DNA of 64,000 bases from Bugula neritina (taxonomy: Eukaryota; Animalia; Bryozoa). Within the stretch, counting starts at the first letter, position 1. Each line of letters opens with the position of its first letter. Below, piece after piece: positions 62,801 to 64,000 of the stretch. The notes under the pieces were generated by a model. It worked only from the letters and a program-made list of their open reading frames with translations, ran no database searches and was not told where the DNA came from. The stretch is from contig OZ037773.1 in NCBI GenBank assembly GCA_964035545.1, forward strand, positions 6,601,751-6,665,750, written 5' to 3'. The position numbers and the translations under genes are program-made.

Positions 62801-63524
62801 TTTCACATGCTGTACAATATGAGGAGCATACAACCACATGAGGAGCATACAACCACATGAGGAACATACAACCACATGAGGAGCATACAACCACATGAGG
62901 AGCATACAACCACATGAGGAACATACAACCACATGAGGAACATACAACCACATGAGCATGCAACTCCTAACACCAACTCACTATGAGCCTTCCCAAGCGC
63001 TGACTTGCTGACAGCGGGCGGAGCTCGGGGTTTGAAAGAGTCTGAAGAGAACTTCCTCTTCGTCTCGGGAGTCCACTCGTCTTCGGCTTCAATGACCCCC
63101 TGATCTGTGTACACCTCTGCCCAAGATGGCCGCTTCACCACTCGACCTATCAGATGCGCAATGAACAACAAGTGATGCAATACAAGTCTGTAATGCAAGT
63201 TTCGACTTCAGAAAACTATAAAAAAAGGACAAGGCAGTTACATCCAATATTTTAAAAGAAGTCAGAATTAGATGTTAGTGAGGGGCTGTTTAATTGAATC
63301 ATCCACAAACAAGCGATCTTTTCTCACAGGCTAAGCATTTTAGGAGAGGGGGGAGGGGTTAAGGGCCCTTGTTAAGCTTCATTTATTTATTTAGTATGAT
63401 CTGTCATCACCTTTCCTACTAACTCTCATTGGGGTCCATTCTTCGTCCTCATCGCTGTTCCCGTCAATCAGCACCCTGGCGGCAGATGTCACTGGAGAGC
63501 AATTCTTCAACATGTCATCTATAT
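44864..63524 (-). CDS. MBD-PHD-F-box-LRR-like protein (5' end outside the window)
   Basis: Exons 63411-63524, 62982-63146, 62125-62199, 61637-61758, 59221-59248, 58776-58895 (MBD: EPFKHGWIRELVLR...DTYYYAP...KLRSVVKIQEFL...DNFSF), 57319-57479, 56243-56476, 55609-55740 + 54573-54632 (C4HC3 PHD: CTSNC...CGVCLLLYHQEC...CSLC), 53919-54114, 52535-52635, 52001-52216, 51367-51514, 50727-50878, 50286-50441, 49577-49799, 48996-49197, 48558-48705 (F-box: VLLGVFRHLSVQDRLSASRVCRLWRAVCHDPSL), ~47723-47797, 46724-46864, 46133-46387, 45578-45651, 45340-45408, 44864-44957 (LRR-like LxxLxL segments, TAG). All junctions are phase-consistent except the one right after the F-box exon. Confidence 0.82.
49845..50008. 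repeat. (CTA/ACT)n imperfect microsatellite
   Basis: Directly visible; source of the spurious Val-rich ORF 49800-50069. Confidence 0.9.
50092..50270. repeat. 34-bp minisatellite (~5 copies) containing donor consensus AGA|GTAAGTGT on the minus strand
   Basis: TAGTGATATAAATATAATACCTACACTTACTCTA repeated; ends ~15 nt from the real donor at 50285. Confidence 0.9.
51597..51658. repeat. Hairpin, ~28-bp arms with short loop
   Basis: CATGTTCCCACTGTACCATAAGCCTATG-TTCTCA-CATAGGCTTATGGTACAGTGAGAACATG. Confidence 0.85.
52655..52960. repeat. 30-bp minisatellite (ACAGTGTTAGCCAATCACAGGACACGTATG), ~10 copies
   Basis: Directly visible; begins ~20 nt from the acceptor at 52636-52637. Confidence 0.93.
53035..53897. 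repeat. 20-bp minisatellite (CAGTCTGTAGTGCATGGAGA), ~43 copies
   Basis: Directly visible; begins ~20 nt inside the intron from the donor at 53918. Confidence 0.95.
57556..57664. repeat. Dispersed repeat family fragment, copy 2
   Basis: GGATGAATTTGTGGTT...AACTTATG...GATTTCATTCGATGCAACTGTTT shared with 63652-63740 and 9671-9757. Confidence 0.65.
60505..60855. repeat. Compound tandem repeat (GTGTCA / GACACA-rich) with a ~120 bp higher-order duplication
   Basis: Directly visible; intronic in the minus-strand gene; produces the Cys-rich ORF 60418-60843. Confidence 0.85.
61763..62000. repeat. 32-bp minisatellite (TACATGGTACATAGAGTATATAGTAGTTACAG), ~7 copies, abutting the MBD exon acceptor
   Basis: Directly visible; starts 3 nt from the acceptor at 61759-61760. 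Confidence 0.92.
62820..62958. repeat. 19-bp minisatellite (TGAGGAGCATACAACCACA), ~7 copies
   Basis: Directly visible; ~22 nt from the donor at 62981. Confidence 0.92.
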
Positions 63525-63651
63525 CTACAGAGAGAAGACAACTATCATCACACTGACGCAGGGTGATGAGATTAGATTACCAAGTACAGTTTGTAGAAAT
63601 GTTCAATCTTTGCATTTCCATGAATTCGCATTATGCGAATGAAAGCTTATA

Positions 63652-63740
63652 CGGATGAACTTGTGGTTACGGTTTGTATTAACTTATGTTTGTGATTTCA
63701 TTGGATGCAACTGTTTTCAAACCTCGGATGAAAAATCGTG
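63652..63740. repeat. Dispersed repeat family fragment, copy 3
   Basis: CGGATGAACTTGTGGTT...AACTTATG...GATTTCATTGGATGCAACTGTTT; preceded by small hairpin ATTCGCATTATGCGAAT. Confidence 0.65.
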
Positions 63741-64000
63741 TAGTGAATACAGATTACTAGTTGCTGAAGAGACTGCAGATGTATTCTCATTTAAATTGCA
63801 AGAAATATTAGCCAACATTTCCAACATTTATCGTTTATTGTTACTATGGCTATCAACATATAGGCTAAGTGGTGATAGGTAATAAATTTATTTAAGCCTG
63901 AATTTTAACTTAAAAGGTCTGCATTACTGATGAAATCAGGGGTGACAACCCCTAACTACTACACCCAGTTACACCGCAGATTGCATTCACATTGTTGTGG

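Overview
AT-rich eukaryotic (invertebrate metazoan-like) genomic DNA with spliced genes; most entries in the supplied ORF track are exon fragments or artefacts of tandem repeats. Reading splice sites by hand gives: (1) a PLD3-family nuclease gene (+, 2237-10844, 11 coding exons, one GC-AG intron); (2) an orphan secreted protein with TYPPRTSFW repeats (+, 12493-13646); (3) a ~1.8 kb 15-bp satellite interrupted by a TA-flanked 1.3 kb non-autonomous DNA transposon; (4) two tandem type-I membrane receptor genes with a single TACI/BCMA/Grindelwald-like cysteine-rich domain (+, from 21009 and 27400), whose ectodomain exons are near-identical while stalk/TM/tail exons have diverged, with a decayed copy of the SMU1 last exon marking the duplication; (5) a complete 12-exon SMU1 gene (-, 41061-32223, 513 aa) head-to-head with (6) an InaF-motif small membrane protein (+, 41768-41998); (7) a large 5'-truncated gene (-, >63524-44864) with MBD + PHD + F-box + LRR-like architecture. 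The most striking non-coding signals are many unrelated minisatellites anchored at exon boundaries that multiply splice donors, acceptors or branch points, and two abutting long near-perfect palindromes in SMU1 intron 1. All gene models are manual and unverified by transcript data.
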